DNA from: Squalus acanthias
Taxonomy: Eukaryota
Length of the DNA: 64,000 bases
Assembly: GCA_030390025.1 (NCBI GenBank)
Contig: CM059432.1
Coordinates: 125,118,001 to 125,182,000, forward strand
Reading direction: 5' to 3'
Shown here: piece by piece, positions 49,384 through 62,697 of the stretch
Layout of the letters: every line of letters begins with the position of its first letter
Numbering within the stretch: position 1 is the first letter of the stretch
The notes under the pieces: model-generated
The model's input: only the letters and a program-made list of their open reading frames with translations
The model's database searches: none
What the model was told of the DNA's origin: nothing
Translations under genes and position numbers: made by a program

Positions 49384-50265
49384 TCAAAATGTCTAAAATG
49401 CCCTGCGTGTAACCCTGCTCTTGTTGTAATATGTTTTTGTGAGTCTCTCAATAGCATTATAATTAAAGCTTCACTGAAGTTCTGGTTATCTGCTTCTGCA
49501 TTGTTTGTTAGTGTGATACTGTCTGTGTGTTGTGAATTTTGGTTCTGGATTGTACTCTGAAAATATAATAAAGTAGAATTGTGGGGAGCATAGTGTGGTT
49601 CAGGGCAATGGAGCATCAACACATTGCGCAACAGAATAATAAGATGGGTTTACAGCATGATTCTCCATATAGTGAGCTCCCTATCTGTTTGTAATCATGA
49701 GGAAACTAGATGCTCTCCAGAGGGAAGGAAGGGGAATTGGAGGGGGTGTCATCCCAAGCTGCTCTTCACTTTCTTGGCTAACTTTTGAGCAGAATTGGCA
49801 GAGGTCTCGGAGCAGGCTTCCAGTCCATCATCGTGGCTCAGCAAAGTGTATGGTAGAGTGAGCCTCCAGGAAGGAACTGGAAACATAATAATAGAATTCT
49901 GTGGGAGAAAATTGGTAAGGGCTCTGATTTATTAATAACTTTAAAAAAAAATTAAAGAATTAGTACCTTAAGTCAGAATATCAAAAAGTGCTAATGTTAC
50001 TTATTTGAACATAAAATTATCTAGTGTGATAAGTTACAGTTTTACTTAGTAAGTTGGTATTTTCAGGTAATGTGTATAATGTGAATAAATAACTGAATGA
50101 AGTACTAAAGTGTCAAAACTGAAGTGTTCAATCACATTTCATCTTTAGGAATTTTACAGTTACAATTTTATAAGACACGTTTTATTCTAATATTTCTCTA
50201 ATATTCTAATATTGGTGCAAGCAAGATCCACTATCGTTTTCTTTTCTCATTTTTATTTTGACTAG

Positions 50266-50391
50266 AGTTGGACAGATGAAATGAAGCAAAAGGAAAATGA
50301 AGAAAAATCTGGAGAAACAGCAGCTGGATGTTTCAATCCAGAAAACCGTGCACCTGTCCGTGATGTTAATGCTTCAGTTCTTTCCCACCAG
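50266..50391 (+). CDS. SPAG1: SPAG1 coding exon 3: SWTDEMKQKENEEKSGETAAGCFNPENRAPVRDVNASVLSHQ
   Basis: Polypyrimidine tract + TAG, 126 nt, CAG|GTAAAA donor; SW..E.K and PVR motifs. Confidence 0.9.
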
Positions 50392-51786
50392 GTAAAAGGG
50401 GACATTTTTATAAATTTATCTTCTTTCTTCTGCTCCTTCTTCAGCGCCATTTTCTCCTCAAAAAGGCTGTTCTCTGGGATAATTTTTGTTGTTGCCGCTA
50501 ATGTAAATGCCACTTTGTAATCATCACGCTTCTGTCTGGACATGAAGATTCTGATCTCTGTAGTGCAATCAAGTGTGGAGATCAGGCACTTGTCTATCCC
50601 CCCCAGGCAGGAAGGGAGAAGAAGAAAATTGGTGAAGGCCTGGAAGCCCGTCACTTGTCTTCTGTTATTAGTAAGAGAATGATTTGTTGCACAGAAGACG
50701 TAAGAAAGGTATAAACATAACTTTAAAGTGATGCACAACACTGAAAATAATGCCAAACAACAACAATAATTTGCATTTATGTAGCGCCTTTAACGTAGTA
50801 AACCATCCCATGGCGCTTCACAGGAGCGTTATCAAACAAAATTTGACACCAAGGTAACTTTGCACCCTGCCAAAACGTGGACAACAATAAACATGCTGCA
50901 TTGCTTTCCAACAAACTGCTTCATGGGGTACTTGATTAGAAGTCGTACAGCTAATAAAAAAAATAGCTTGATCTATTGCCGGAGTCCACTCTGTTTATAG
51001 TATTTCCAATTGATATGGTGCAATTGAAATTCATTGTGGTTTGATTCAATCAGAATTTTAGTTGGTTAAAAATTTGGTGAAATCGAAGTTCAAAATAAAT
51101 TTATGCTTTGTTTGTACTATTTGGAAAGAAAACCTAAATCAGAAATATATTCCAGATATAAACAACATAAGTAGACCTTAAATTGATGGATGTTGTTGTT
51201 GGACCCATCCAGGTTGTGGATAGAGTTTTTCATCTGGTTTTTCGGGTGGGGGGGAGAAATTTTATATCCAGCACAAGAACACAATAAGATAGCCAGTCAG
51301 AATTCACTTGAAATAAGTGAATTTGTCAGGCTTAATTCCAGTAATTGAATCACTTAACGTATGTAGATGACAGGTGGCAAACAGTAGAAAAATGGCATCA
51401 AGCATAAACACAGTTTAGAAATTGAAATTTTCCAGTGTTTCACTGAAAATATTTGTGAAGCTTCTCTTATGACTCAAGTGAGCAAATACACCATGCAACA
51501 TGGTATAGAAGCGTAGAGATCAGGAATGTTCCAGGTTCAGTCCCTAGTCAGTGCCCTTAGTTGATTTCCGCTAGGGCTGGGGTACTGCAGTTGGCCTCGG
51601 TGTCCCTGGGCTAGGGAGAAGAAAAAAATAATCTTGTGCCCTCCCCTCATGTTCCATGCTGGAGAGTGCACATATTCCAGCATTAGTCATTGCCTTCAGT
51701 TACCACATGGGATATGATGTAGCTGGACTTTAATGAAACAAATGTTTTTGTTTCCATATTTGACAGTTGTATTGTTTATTTCACAG

Positions 51787-51857
51787 AATGGCCTTGGTGA
51801 AAAAAAATCAAGAGAAAAGAAAAGAGCTATCCCCAGAGATTATAAAGCATGGGATAA
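51787..51857 (+). CDS. SPAG1: SPAG1 coding exon 4: NGLGEKKSREKKRAIPRDYKAWD(K)
   Basis: CACAG acceptor, AA|GTATGT donor; PRDY..WDK motif. Confidence 0.92.
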
Positions 51858-52049
51858 GTATGTTTTTTAAGAGCATTTGTTTAATAATTGGGCATAAAAA
51901 TGATTGACATTGGTAGCTAATATCATTGAGCATATTCTGAGGAACTGATTAAAAAAACATTGTTACATCGGGGACATTTATTTGTGTGATGACAATAAAT
52001 TTGAAACTGTTCACCAGTCGTTATAAATAATTTTCATACCATCATATTA

Positions 52050-53290
52050 TTAGAGTTTTTTGAGGATGTAACTAGCAGGGTAGATAAAGGGAAACCAGTG
52101 GATGTAGTATATTTGGATTTCCAAAAGGCATTCGATAAGGTGCCACATAAAAGGTTATTACACAAGATAAGGGCTCATGGGGTTGGGGGTAATATAGTAG
52201 CATGGATGAAGGATTGGTGAATGGACAGAAGACAGAGATTAGGGATAAACGGGTCTTTTTCAGATTGGCAGGCTGTAACTAGTGGGGTGCCACAAGGATC
52301 AATGCTGGGGCCTCAGCTATTTACAATCTATATTAATGACCTAGATGAAGGGACCGAGTGCAATGTATCCAAGTTTGCTGATGATAGGTGGGACAGTAAG
52401 CTGTGAGGAGAACACAGTCTGCAAAGAGATATAGATAAACTAAGTGAGTGGGCAGTAAGGTGGCAGATGGAGTATAATGTAGGGAAATGTGAGGTTATTC
52501 ACTTTGGTAGGAAGAATAGAAAAACAGAATATTTTTTAAATGGTGAGAAACTTTCAAATCTTGGTGTTCAGAGAGATTTGGGAGTCCTCGTGCAAGAAAC
52601 ACAGAAAGCTAGCATGCAGGGTACAGCAAGCAATAAGGAAGGCAAATGGCATGTTGGCCTTTATTGCAAGGGGGTTGGAGTATAAGAGTAAGGAAGTCTT
52701 GCTACAATTGTATGGGGCCTTGGTGAGACCATACCTGGAGTACTGTGCACAGTTTTGGTCTCCTTATCTAAGGAAGGATATACTTGCCTTGGAGGCGGTG
52801 CAACGAAGGTTCACTACATTGATTCCTGAGATGAGAGGGTTGTCCTATGATGAGAGATTGTGTAGAATGGGCCTATACTCTCTGGAGTTTAGAAGAATGA
52901 GAGGTGATCTCATTGAAACCTACAAGATTCTGAAGGGGATTGACAGGGTAGATGCTGAGAGGTTGTTTCCCCTGGCTGGAGTGTCTAGAACTAGGGGGCA
53001 TAGTCTCAGGATAAGGGGTAGGCCATTTAAGACTGAGATGAGGAGGAATTTCTTCACTCAGAGGGTTGTGAATCTTTGGAATTCTCTGCTCAGAGGGCTG
53101 TGGATGCTGAGTCACTGAGTGTATTCAAAGCTGAGATAGATAGATTTTTGGGCTTTAGGGGAATCAAGGGATATGGAGATCGGGTGGGAATGTGGAGTTG
53201 AGGTCGATGATCAGCCATGATCGTATTGAATGGCGGAGCAGGCTCGAGGGGCCGTATGGCCTACTCCTGCTCTTATTTCTTGTGTTCTTA
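52050..53290 (+). mobile_element. CR1 LINE RT and 3' fragment
   Basis: ORFs 52221-53118 ([33 protein letters not shown]) plus the 3' UTR. Confidence 0.92.
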
Positions 53291-53465
53291 TACTGTCATG
53301 TATTTTGAAATGAGGCAAAGTAACATGATGGGCCAAAAAATATTGTTGTGAGTAACTGATCTAGGACCTGTACATGTATACTATTCTGTTTTCTGAAGGG
53401 CTAATAAGATTATGCCAAAGTTAAATTTAAGCGGAAATTTACATTGTTCTAAATTTTGATCTCAG

Positions 53466-53578
53466 ATTTGATGTGGAAAAAGAATGTGCCAAAATTGATG
53501 AAGGCCAGCAAGAAATTAAATCCAAAACTATCTTCAATGATGTCATTTCTGGAATAGGGAAGAAAATTAACACAACAG
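53466..53578 (+). CDS. SPAG1: SPAG1 coding exon 5: FDVEKECAKIDEGQQEIKSKTIFNDVISGIGKKINTT
   Basis: CTCAG acceptor, G|GTAATT donor; continues WDK-FDVEKEC. Confidence 0.93.
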
Positions 53579-54033
53579 GTAATTATGCTTGAACCATGGA
53601 AAATCATGTACTTTTGTGCCAGTCTATATAGTTAAAAATCTTGTGTCTCTTATCTTTGCCCCTCATCTTCAAAGAGATATAGGGAGGCAGTACAGAAGCA
53701 GGAGTTAAGAGTGGGAAGCGGAGACTTTATACAAGTATTTGTAGCTGCAAGATGGGAGGGGAAGGTGCAGCAGAACCACCTCGAGGCAGTAAACCTGTCA
53801 TTACATTGTGACAGGCAAATGTTGATAGTTCTTCCATTACAAATATTGCCATAGGAATTTTGCATTATAAATGTCATAAAAAGCATTACACAAAAATCGT
53901 GTAACAAATAACTAAAGGATGTGATGTTAATCCTATTCTTAATGTGTGTTAGCATTGCCAGTCATTTACTGGAGACTTCACCTGAGCTAACTTCATGCTT
54001 TAACTGGTTTGGGTGTAATGTTTTTTTCCATAG

Positions 54034-54139
54034 GCATGACTGACCGAGAAAAGATGCTTTTAGCTGATCGAGAAAAGGACAAGGGTAATGAAGCTTTCCG
54101 AGCTGGGGACCACAAGGAGGCTTTGCTTTACTACACCAG
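54034..54139 (+). CDS. SPAG1: SPAG1 coding exon 6 (TPR start): GMTDREKMLLADREKDKGNEAFRAGDHKEALLYYTR
   Basis: CATAG acceptor, AG|GTACTT donor; KxxGN carboxylate-clamp TPR helix. Confidence 0.95.
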
Positions 54140-54344
54140 GTACTTTCACATATGCTTAATTTTTGAAATATTTGAAAGTATGATTTGCATTTATATGGCA
54201 CATCATCATATCTCTCAGAAATGTCTCTGAGCACTTCACATACAATAAGTTACTTTGAAATGCAATAACCATTGTTGTTTGAGCAAATATAGCATCAATT
54301 GTGTGCACAGGAAGATCCTATAAACAAGTATGAAATGTTTTCTA

Positions 54345-55350
54345 GGGATACGGTAGCATAGTGGTTATGTTACGGGACTAATAATCCAGAGACATGAGTT
54401 CACCACGGCAGCTGGGGAATTTAAAAACCGGACGGACCACCTGGCATCGACCTAGGCACCAGACATGACAAAGGCACACCCCTGCAAAGTCCTCTGGGGT
54501 CTTGAGCCAAAATTGGGAGAGCTGTCCCACAGACTAGACAAGCAACAGCCTGACATAGTCATACTCACAGAATCATACCTTTCAGCCAACGTCTCAGACT
54601 CCTCAATCACTATCCCTGGGTACGTCCTGTCCCATCGGCACCTACCATAAGAACATAAGAAATAGGAGCAGGAATAGGCCACTTGGCCTTTCGAGCCTGC
54701 TCTGCCATTCAATAAGATCATGGCTGATCTTGGGCTCAAAGCCACTTCCCTGCCCGCTCCCCATAACCCTTCACTCCCTTATCTTGTAAAAATCTGTCTA
54801 TCTCCACCTTTAAATGTATTTAATGACCCAGCCTCCATGGCTCTCTGGGGCAGAGAATTCCACAGATTTACAACCCTCTGAGAGAAGAAATTCCTCTTCA
54901 ACTCAGTTCTAAAAGGGCGACCCTTTATTCTGAAACTATGCCCCCGAGTTCTAGATTTCCCCACAAGGGGAAGCATCCTCTCTGCATCTATCTTGTCGAG
55001 CTCCCTCAGTATCTTTATATGTTTCAATAAGATCACCTCTCGTTCTTCTAAATTCCAATGAGTATAGGCCCAACCTGCTCAACCTTTCTTCATAACTCAA
55101 CCCCCTCATCTCAGAATCAACCGTGTGAATCGTCTCTGAACTGCCTTCCTGATCCTTCCTCGTCTGTTGAATCAGTACTCCTCCACGTTGAACGCCACTT
55201 GGAAGAAGCACTGAGGGTAGCAAGAGCACAGAACATACTCTGGGTGGGAGACTTCAATGCCCATCACCAAGAGTGGCTTGGTAGCACCACTTCTTGCTGA
55301 GTCCTGAAGGACATAGCTACCAGAATGGGCTGCAGCAGCTGGTGAGGCAT
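54345..55350 (+). mobile_element. LINE APE-endonuclease fragment preceded by a tRNA-like head, interrupted by a minus-strand CR1 3' end (~54649-55147)
   Basis: ORFs 54465-54650 (PKLGELSHRL..QQPDIVILTESYL) and 55160-55300 (ILWVGDFNAHHQEWLGS) flank a CR1 tail (ORF 54779-55036). Confidence 0.7.
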
Positions 55351-57500
55351 GGTAGGGCAACTCAGTCCTGTGAAATGCACATCCTGCACCATGTGGGGAC
55401 TCCAGAATGCTCCCCGTGTCCTGGACAACCACATGCAGGAAGTGTCGTCGGCTGGAGGAGCTCGAGCTCCGGGTTTCGGGGCTTGAGCAGCAGCTAGTGT
55501 CACTGTGGTGCATCCGTGAGGCTGAGAGCTATGTGGATAGCATGTTTCAGGAGGTGGTCACCCCGCAGCGTAAGAGTGTGCAGGCAGAGAGGGAATGGGT
55601 AACCGTCAGACAGACGAGGAGGACCAGGCAGCTAGTGCAGGAGTCCCCTGAGTGCATCTCGCTCTCCAACCAGTACTAGTGAGGGCGATGGTTCCTCTGG
55701 GGAGTACAGCCAGAGCTAAGTCCACGGCCCCATGGGTGGTTCAGCTGTTAAGTGGGGGGAGGAGTAAGATTGGTAAGGCAATTGTGGTAGGGGATTCGAT
55801 AGTTAGGGGAACAGACAGGCGTTTCTGCAGCCGCAGATGTGATTCCAGGATGGTATGTTGCCTCCCTTGTACCAGGGTCAAGAATGTAACTCAGCGGCTG
55901 CAGAACATTCTGAGGGGGGAGGGTGAACAGCCAGAGGTCGTGGTCCATATCGGTACCAACGACATAGGTAGAAAGAGGGATGAGGTCCTGCAGGCAGATT
56001 TTAGGGAGCTAGGAAAGAGATTAACAAGCAGGACCTCAAAGGTAGTAATCTCTGTGCCACGAGCTAGTGAGTATAGAAATAGGAGGATAGAGCAGATGAA
56101 TGCGTGGCTGGAGAGATGGTGCAGGAGGGAAGGCTTCAGATTCCTGGGACATTGAGACCAGTTCTGGGGGAGGTGGGACCTGTACAAGCCGGACAGGTTG
56201 CACCTCAACAGAGCCGGAACCACTGTCCTCGTGGGGGGGGTTTGCTAGTGCTGTTGGGGAGGGTTTAAACTAATTTGGCAGGGGGATGGGCACCAGGATG
56301 TAGCATTAGAAAGGAGAAACAAAGTGCACAAAGGATGGGGAGAGACAGATAGCACTAGAGTAAGAAATAGTGAGGTATTAGGTGAGGTCAGACTAAGCGA
56401 GAATACAAGAAGGTCTAAGACAGGTTTACAGTGCATGTGTAAACGCACAAAGCGTGGTAAATAAGGTTGGTGAGCTGCAGGTGCACATAGCCACATGGGA
56501 ATATGATGTCGTGGCGATAATGGAGACCTGGTTTAAAAAAGGGCAGGATTGAGTTTTAAATATTCCTGGATATAAGGTGTTCAGGAAAGAAAGGAAGGTG
56601 GGGTGGCAGTATTGGTTAAGGAGAAAGTTACAGTGCTGGAGAGGGAGGATGTCCTGAAGGGGTCAAGGACAGAATCTGTTTGGTTAGTGTTAAGAAATAA
56701 TAAGAGGTGCCATTACACTACTAGGCGTATTCTATAGGCCACCAACTAGTGGGAAAGATATAGAGGAGCAAATTTGCAGGGAAATTTCAGAGGTGCAAGA
56801 ACTATACAATAGTAATAATGGGGGATTTCAGTTATCCTAATATAGACTGGGATAGTAATAGTGTAAAAGGCAGAGAGGGGGAAGATTTTCTGAAGTGTGT
56901 CCAGGAGAACTTTCTTGATCAGTACGTTTCCGGCCAAACGAGGAAGGAGGCATTGCTGGATCTGGTTCTGGGGAATGAGGTGGGCCAAGTGGAGCAAGTG
57001 TCAGTAGGGGAACATTTAGGGAACAGTGATCATAGTATCATAAGATTTAGATTAGCTATGGAAAAGGACAGGGAACAATCTAGAGTAAAAATACTTAATT
57101 GGAGGAAGGCAAATTTCAGTGGGTCAAGAACAGATCTGGCCCGGGTAAATTGGAATCAAAGATTGGCAGGCAAAACTGTAATCGAACAATGGGCTGCCTT
57201 TAAAGAGGAGATGGTTCGGGTATAGTCGATGTACAATCCCAAAAGGGGGAAAGGTAGGGCAACTAAAGCCAGAACTCCCTGGATGACGAAAGAGATAGAG
57301 AGTAAGATGAAGCAGAAAAAGAGCGTGTATGACACGTCAGGTTGGGAATACAAGTGAGAATCAGGCTGAATATAGAAAGTTCAGAGGGGAAGTGAAAAAG
57401 CAAATAAGAGGGGCAAAGAGAGAGCTTGAGAATAGATTGGCAGCTAACATAAAAGGAAATTCAAAAGTCTTCTATAGGCATATAAATAATAAACGGGTAG
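55350..57500 (+). mobile_element. CR1 LINE 5' half: ORF1 (Zn finger/coiled coil + SGNH esterase) and start of ORF2 (APE)
   Basis: CTSCTMW...CRKCRRLEELELRV; IVVGDSIVRG...VVVHIGTNDIG...LHL; MGDFSYPNIDW...LLDLVLGN...HLGNSDH. Confidence 0.88.
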
Positions 57501-57586
57501 TGCCTTTATTCAGTGCCTTTATTTATAAAGCCAAGGAGCCCATATACTTTTTTAAAAGCCTTATCTACTTATCTTGTCACCTTCAA

Positions 57587-57679
57587 AGAAGGGTCACAGA
57601 CCTGAAACGTTAACTCTGTTTCTCTCCATGGATGCTGCCTGACCTGCTGAGTGTTTCCAGCATTTTCTGTTGCTATTTC
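57587..57679 (+). mobile_element. pLTR fragment of the second PLE family (hammerhead 5'-truncated)
   Basis: GAAGGGTCACAGACCTGAAACGTTAACTCTG...GATGCTGCCTGACCTGCTGAGTGTTTCCAGCATTTTCTG. Confidence 0.7.
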
Positions 57680-58749
57680 TCCTAACTACCTCACTCTGTT
57701 AATGACAATTTTAAATTAATGACCCTTTATCACTAACTTCCCACCCAGAGGAAATAATCTTTCCCTGTTTGTAAATTTAAAACCTCTATTAAATCTCCTC
57801 TTAGCCATCTCTGCTCCAATGGAAAGGGTCACAGTATCCCTTCTCTAGTCATAAATATAGTTTTGTATCCCTGGTATCATCCTGGTGAGCCTACATTATA
57901 CGTTGTCTATGGCTTTAATGTCCTTGAAAATATTGGTGTCCAAGACTGCACCAAGTGCTCCAACTGTGGCCTAGCCCATGTCGTGTAAAATTGAACATTA
58001 TCTCTTTGCTTTTATACTCCATATCCCCATTTGTAAAACCACAAATGCTATGGTCTTTTAACAGCTTTATCTACCTGCATTTGCAGTTTCAAAGAATTAT
58101 TTATTTGCACCCCAGATCGCTCTGTTTCTTCTCACCCTTAAGACTTCACATTACAGTTTACACTTGTACTCTTTTTTTTTCTCCCAAAATACAATTTCAT
58201 AGCATTAAATTGCATCTGCCACCTTTTTGTCCATTCTGATAACCTGCCTATGTCTTCCTGAAGTATTTTATAGTCCCTCTCATGGCTTCTCAAACCACCT
58301 CCTTTTATATTATCAAATTTTGATATTGTGCTCCCAAGTCCAAATCATAGTTATATACACAAGTGGACGCAAAACTTAACTTTCTGTGGCGAGTTTAGTA
58401 TGTATCTACCGCACACTTCATGCCATTCAATGCATTTCTAAGGTGAGATAGACAGCGAGTGCCATTTTCGTGAAGCTAATGATGGAGCAGCTCAACGCGT
58501 ACAGCAACTTTTGGATTTCCTCGTTTAACTGCGCATCTGCCCTTGCCTGAAGTTGCTGCAGCATTTACGCATCAATAACGGCGGATACCATTCGCCTCAC
58601 CATTATTTTGACAGCAAATTATAGCCAATGTAATGCTTCCATTGTATTATTCTAAAGTAGAAGAGTTTTTTTTGCCTTCTCTCGGAGGTGTATACTCATC
58701 TGTTGTTGTTTTATTCCTCTTTCCCCCTCCTACCATCCCCTCAACCCAG

Positions 58750-58880
58750 GAGTATATCAGTGATGCCAAACGTGTCTGCGCTTAACAACAGAGCTCAAGC
58801 AGAAATTAAGCTTCAGAACTGGCAGAATGCTCTTAATGATGCTGAAAAAGTGTTGAAATTAGACCCTGGCAATTTGAAAG
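58750..58880 (+). CDS. SPAG1: SPAG1 coding exon 7 (TPR): SISVMPNVSALNNRAQAEIKLQNWQNALNDAEKVLKLDPGNLK
   Basis: CCCAG acceptor, G|GTGAGT donor; NNRAQAEIKLQNW. Confidence 0.96.
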
Positions 58881-59275
58881 GTGAGTAATTGCACAATGCT
58901 GCTACAGTATTGAATTTATGCTGTACTCACCGTTGTATTCATCCAGACTGAATCCAGAAGCACAGTAAAGTAATATGGAGTAGTTAAGGGTGATCTTTAA
59001 GGTTCTTGTGCTCAGCCTCAGCGAGTAACTTTTGATATAGATTTTCATCACTTCCCAAATTGAAAGGTACTTTTTGTGCTATTTTGAAATACTAATACTG
59101 TAAAGTTGTGCTAACTTGTTGAGTTGCCGATTCTGGCTTAAGCCCACTTTCCATTGCTTTTCCCATTTTGTTTTTGCTTTCCTAGCTTTTCTATTCTTTC
59201 CTCTGCCTTTTGCTTTTTCTTGAAACCTCTGATGACTTCTCGTGCTTTTTGCATCCTCTTTCACCTTCTACTCTC

Positions 59276-59770
59276 ACAGGAATATAGGAATTACTAGACG
59301 AATAAAACCAAGGTCCATCTAGTTCGCCTTCTACCATCCTGGTAATCACATGATACATTGATAATGGAGTTGTTGACCAGTCACAGCAATCAATCTCTAT
59401 TAATTAGTCTACAACAGATCCAGACATGACACGAGGAAAACCCCAGTGGTGGAGAACTTTGGAAACCAAAGTCACCTGTTCCTCCCAAGCATGCTACACT
59501 CACCACGTCATGTATCAAATTACTCATATACTGTATCCCAAAATGTTATTTTCTGAAAGAAATCTATCTGATTTGCATTTGAATGAATCAAAACTAAGTA
59601 CTTCCACCATCTCCCTATTGAGCCTGTTCCATAGATAGACCACTCGCTCAGTGAAATATTGTTCCTATAGATTCGTTTTGCATTTACCTTCCCTTCAAAC
59701 TCAGGCTGTGTCCTCTGGTTCTAGTATTCTGGACTACTTGTGAAATAGCTTGTCATGGCTGACATTATCT
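59276..59770 (-). mobile_element. CR1-like LINE 3' fragment
   Basis: Reverse strand contains the ACTAGAACCAGAGGACAC (TRTRGH) region followed by a 3' UTR-like tail. Confidence 0.55.
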
Positions 59771-61078
59771 CATTCTGTCTGGATGAATTCCAGAGTCCTG
59801 CTGTAATTTATAGTATGTGTACAGGTCAGTAATTTATGTGCCAGGAAAAAAAACAGCATTACTGTCTACAGGACACCGAGACCAGATGAGTTTACTCCAA
59901 CAAAGACTTCAGACTGAGCCATTTGCAAAGTCTGAACCTGGGTCACATTTTTACTGAGGCAAACATGGCTCCCAGCTGTTGGTAACATTATCCTACAGCG
60001 TTGTAATATCATATCCATATAACCGAAAATCACTTATCTTTACAACAACTTGCATTTACGTAGCTCCTTTAATGTAGTAATACGTCCCAAGTTGCTCACA
60101 GGAGTGTAATCAGTCAAAAAGTGACACCAAGCCAAAGGAGATATTAGGACAGGTGACTAAAAGCTTGGTCAAAGAGATAGGTTTTAAGAAGCGTCATAAA
60201 GGAGGAGAGAGGTGGAAAAGCAGAGAAGTTTAGGGAGGGAATTCCAGAACTTAGGGTCTGAAGGCATGACCGCCAATAGTGAGGCAAAGGCACTGGGCTG
60301 CGACAATAGCTGTGTTTTTGGCTCAGTGGATTTAAGAGTGATGCTTGGCCAGTGCTGCCCAACAAGAGTTTTAGTTGATACTCTGGGCTGAGTGTGGTAA
60401 ACGGAATTAATGGGGAAGCTGCTCGGAACTAGTCCACGAGTGAGAGGATGGTTCCAGATGGCAGTGAATAGCTGACAACTACTGAATTCGCCATCAAGGA
60501 TTACCAGTCTCTGAAGATGGGCATAGCACATGTGCTGACTGAGGTGAGGGCCTCCTTGTAGATTCTTAATACAGCTTGCAATCTGCCACTTTATAGCTTG
60601 GCAACTGCCACATGGACATTATGATGCTGAGTGCTCACAGGTAGATCTAGAGGATGAAATGAACTCTCCACACATGGGGTATGGATATCTTCATTCATAA
60701 AGGATCCTGTAAAGTGCAGGGTAGTATGTAGCAAGGAGGTTTTATGGCTGCCTTATGTGGATGCAGAGCACTTAAGGGGAATGTCACCAGAAAATAAGTG
60801 TATTTTCTTTAGAAATTGCAACAATCTTCAGTTATTTAAAGAAAATGTCTCCAGTGCTGCATCAGTTCAATAGAATAAATGTGAAACCTTTATGAAGTAA
60901 GTTGTGATGGTAACTTTGGGCATGTCCTAAACAATATGTTTAGAGATAGTTGGTAAGGTATCTTTTCTCAATGTAACATAAACATGAATGATAAGAGTGA
61001 TAAATTATAGTCTGAAGGATTTTATTGTGACATTTTAACAATGGTTATTGATGTTATGCTAATTGCATTGTTTTACAG

Positions 61079-61185
61079 CACATCTACGTTGTGCCACTGT
61101 TCATAAACAGTTGGGTAACTATCAAGCAGCAACAGATGACTTGAAGAAAGTGTTGCAAGCTGAACCAGACAATCCCATTGCAAAG
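61079..61185 (+). CDS. SPAG1: SPAG1 coding exon 8 (TPR): AHLRCATVHKQLGNYQAATDDLKKVLQAEPDNPIAK
   Basis: TTACAG acceptor, AAG|GTAAGA donor; third TPR repeat. Confidence 0.95.
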
Positions 61186-61372
61186 GTAAGAACTTGAGAA
61201 AGCACAAAATAGAAGGAATGCAACATAACTAGACTTGCTAGTAAATTGGAGATGTATAAACTGGCATACTAGAAGAAATTGTATATAATAATAGCGTTGG
61301 TATAGGTATAAATTAGTTAGGAAATAGAGTCAGGGAGGAATGTTTTTTTTTCCGATTTGTTAAACTAAATAA

Positions 61373-62190
61373 ACAACGACGACTTGTATTTATACAGCGC
61401 CTTTAACGTAATAAAATGTCCCAAGGCGCTTCACAGGAGCGTTATCAAACAAAATTTGACACTAAGCCACATAAGGAGCTATTAGGGTAGATGAGATTTA
61501 AGGAGCGTCTTAAAGGAGGAAAGAGAGGCAGAGGTGTTTAGGGAGGGAATTCCAGAGCTTAGGGCCTCAGCAGCTGAAGGCACTGCTGCCAATGGTGGAG
61601 TGATTAAAAATCGGGGATGCTCGAGGCCACAATTGGAGGAGCGCAGATATCTCGGAGGGTTGTAGGACTGGAGGAGATTGCAGAGATGGGGGGGGTGGGG
61701 GTAGGGTAGAGGTCATGGAGGGATTTGAAAACAAGGATGTGAATTTTAAAATCGAGGCGTTGCTTAACCAGGAGCCAATGTCGGTCAGCGAGCACAGGGG
61801 TGATGGGTGAACGGGACTTGGTGCGAGTTAGGACACGGGCAGAAGAGTTTTGGATGACCTCAAGTTTACGGAGGGTAGAAAGTAGGAGGCCGGCCAGGAG
61901 TGCATTGGAATAATCAAGTCTAGAGGTAACAAAGGTATGGATGAGGGTTTCAGCAGCAGATGAGCTGAGGCAGCAGCGGAGTCAGGCAATTTTACGAAGG
62001 TGGAAGTAGGTGGTCTTAGTGATGGCGTGGATATGTGGTCGGAAGCTCATCTCTGGGTCAAATGTGAGACAAAGGTTGCAAACAGTCTGGTTCGGTCTCA
62101 GACAGTTGCCAGGGAGAGGGATCGAGTTGGTGACTAGGGAACGGAGTTTGTGACGGGGACAGAAGACAATGGCTTCGGTCTCCCCAATAT
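61373..62190 (-). mobile_element. L2 LINE 3' fragment
   Basis: Collinear with 7961-8790. Confidence 0.88.
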
Positions 62191-62697
62191 TTATCTCTTC
62201 ATCTCTTCACATCCTCAGATTTGGTATCTTCGGTATTTTAAAACATTGGTCTTTAAATTGAGCATCCTGGACCCGAGGGGGTGTGCAAGAAGATTTCTGT
62301 CCCTTCCTTTGTCCTCAGATTTTGTTGATTTGCCAAGACTTAATGCTGTAACAGATTGTACAGTAATTGGAAAAAAATGAGCAAGGGGGAACAAAAAGAC
62401 TAGGGGTAATTACACAGCAACACTATAGTGAATGGTGAAATGCAATCCATGTTAATGTTATAATTTCACAAACCGGAGTTGACCTTCCTTTTTCCTCAAG
62501 TAATGGTGAGGCATGTAAATCTCCATTTGACTTGTGGACAGTGTAATGAATTTTCTAATTTAAACTGCTAGCTAGTTTAAGTAAAACAAATAAATGATTT
62601 GCCGCACTCTTGGCATACTTTTATCATCTACTAAAATAAAAACATATTGTAGTTTGATTCAATGTGATTAACTATCCTATGAAATGTTCCTTTTCAG

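Noticed and set aside
60290..60780. Unassigned moderately GC-rich segment after an L2 tail
   Set aside because: Probably an old repeat, but I cannot recognise a family or structure
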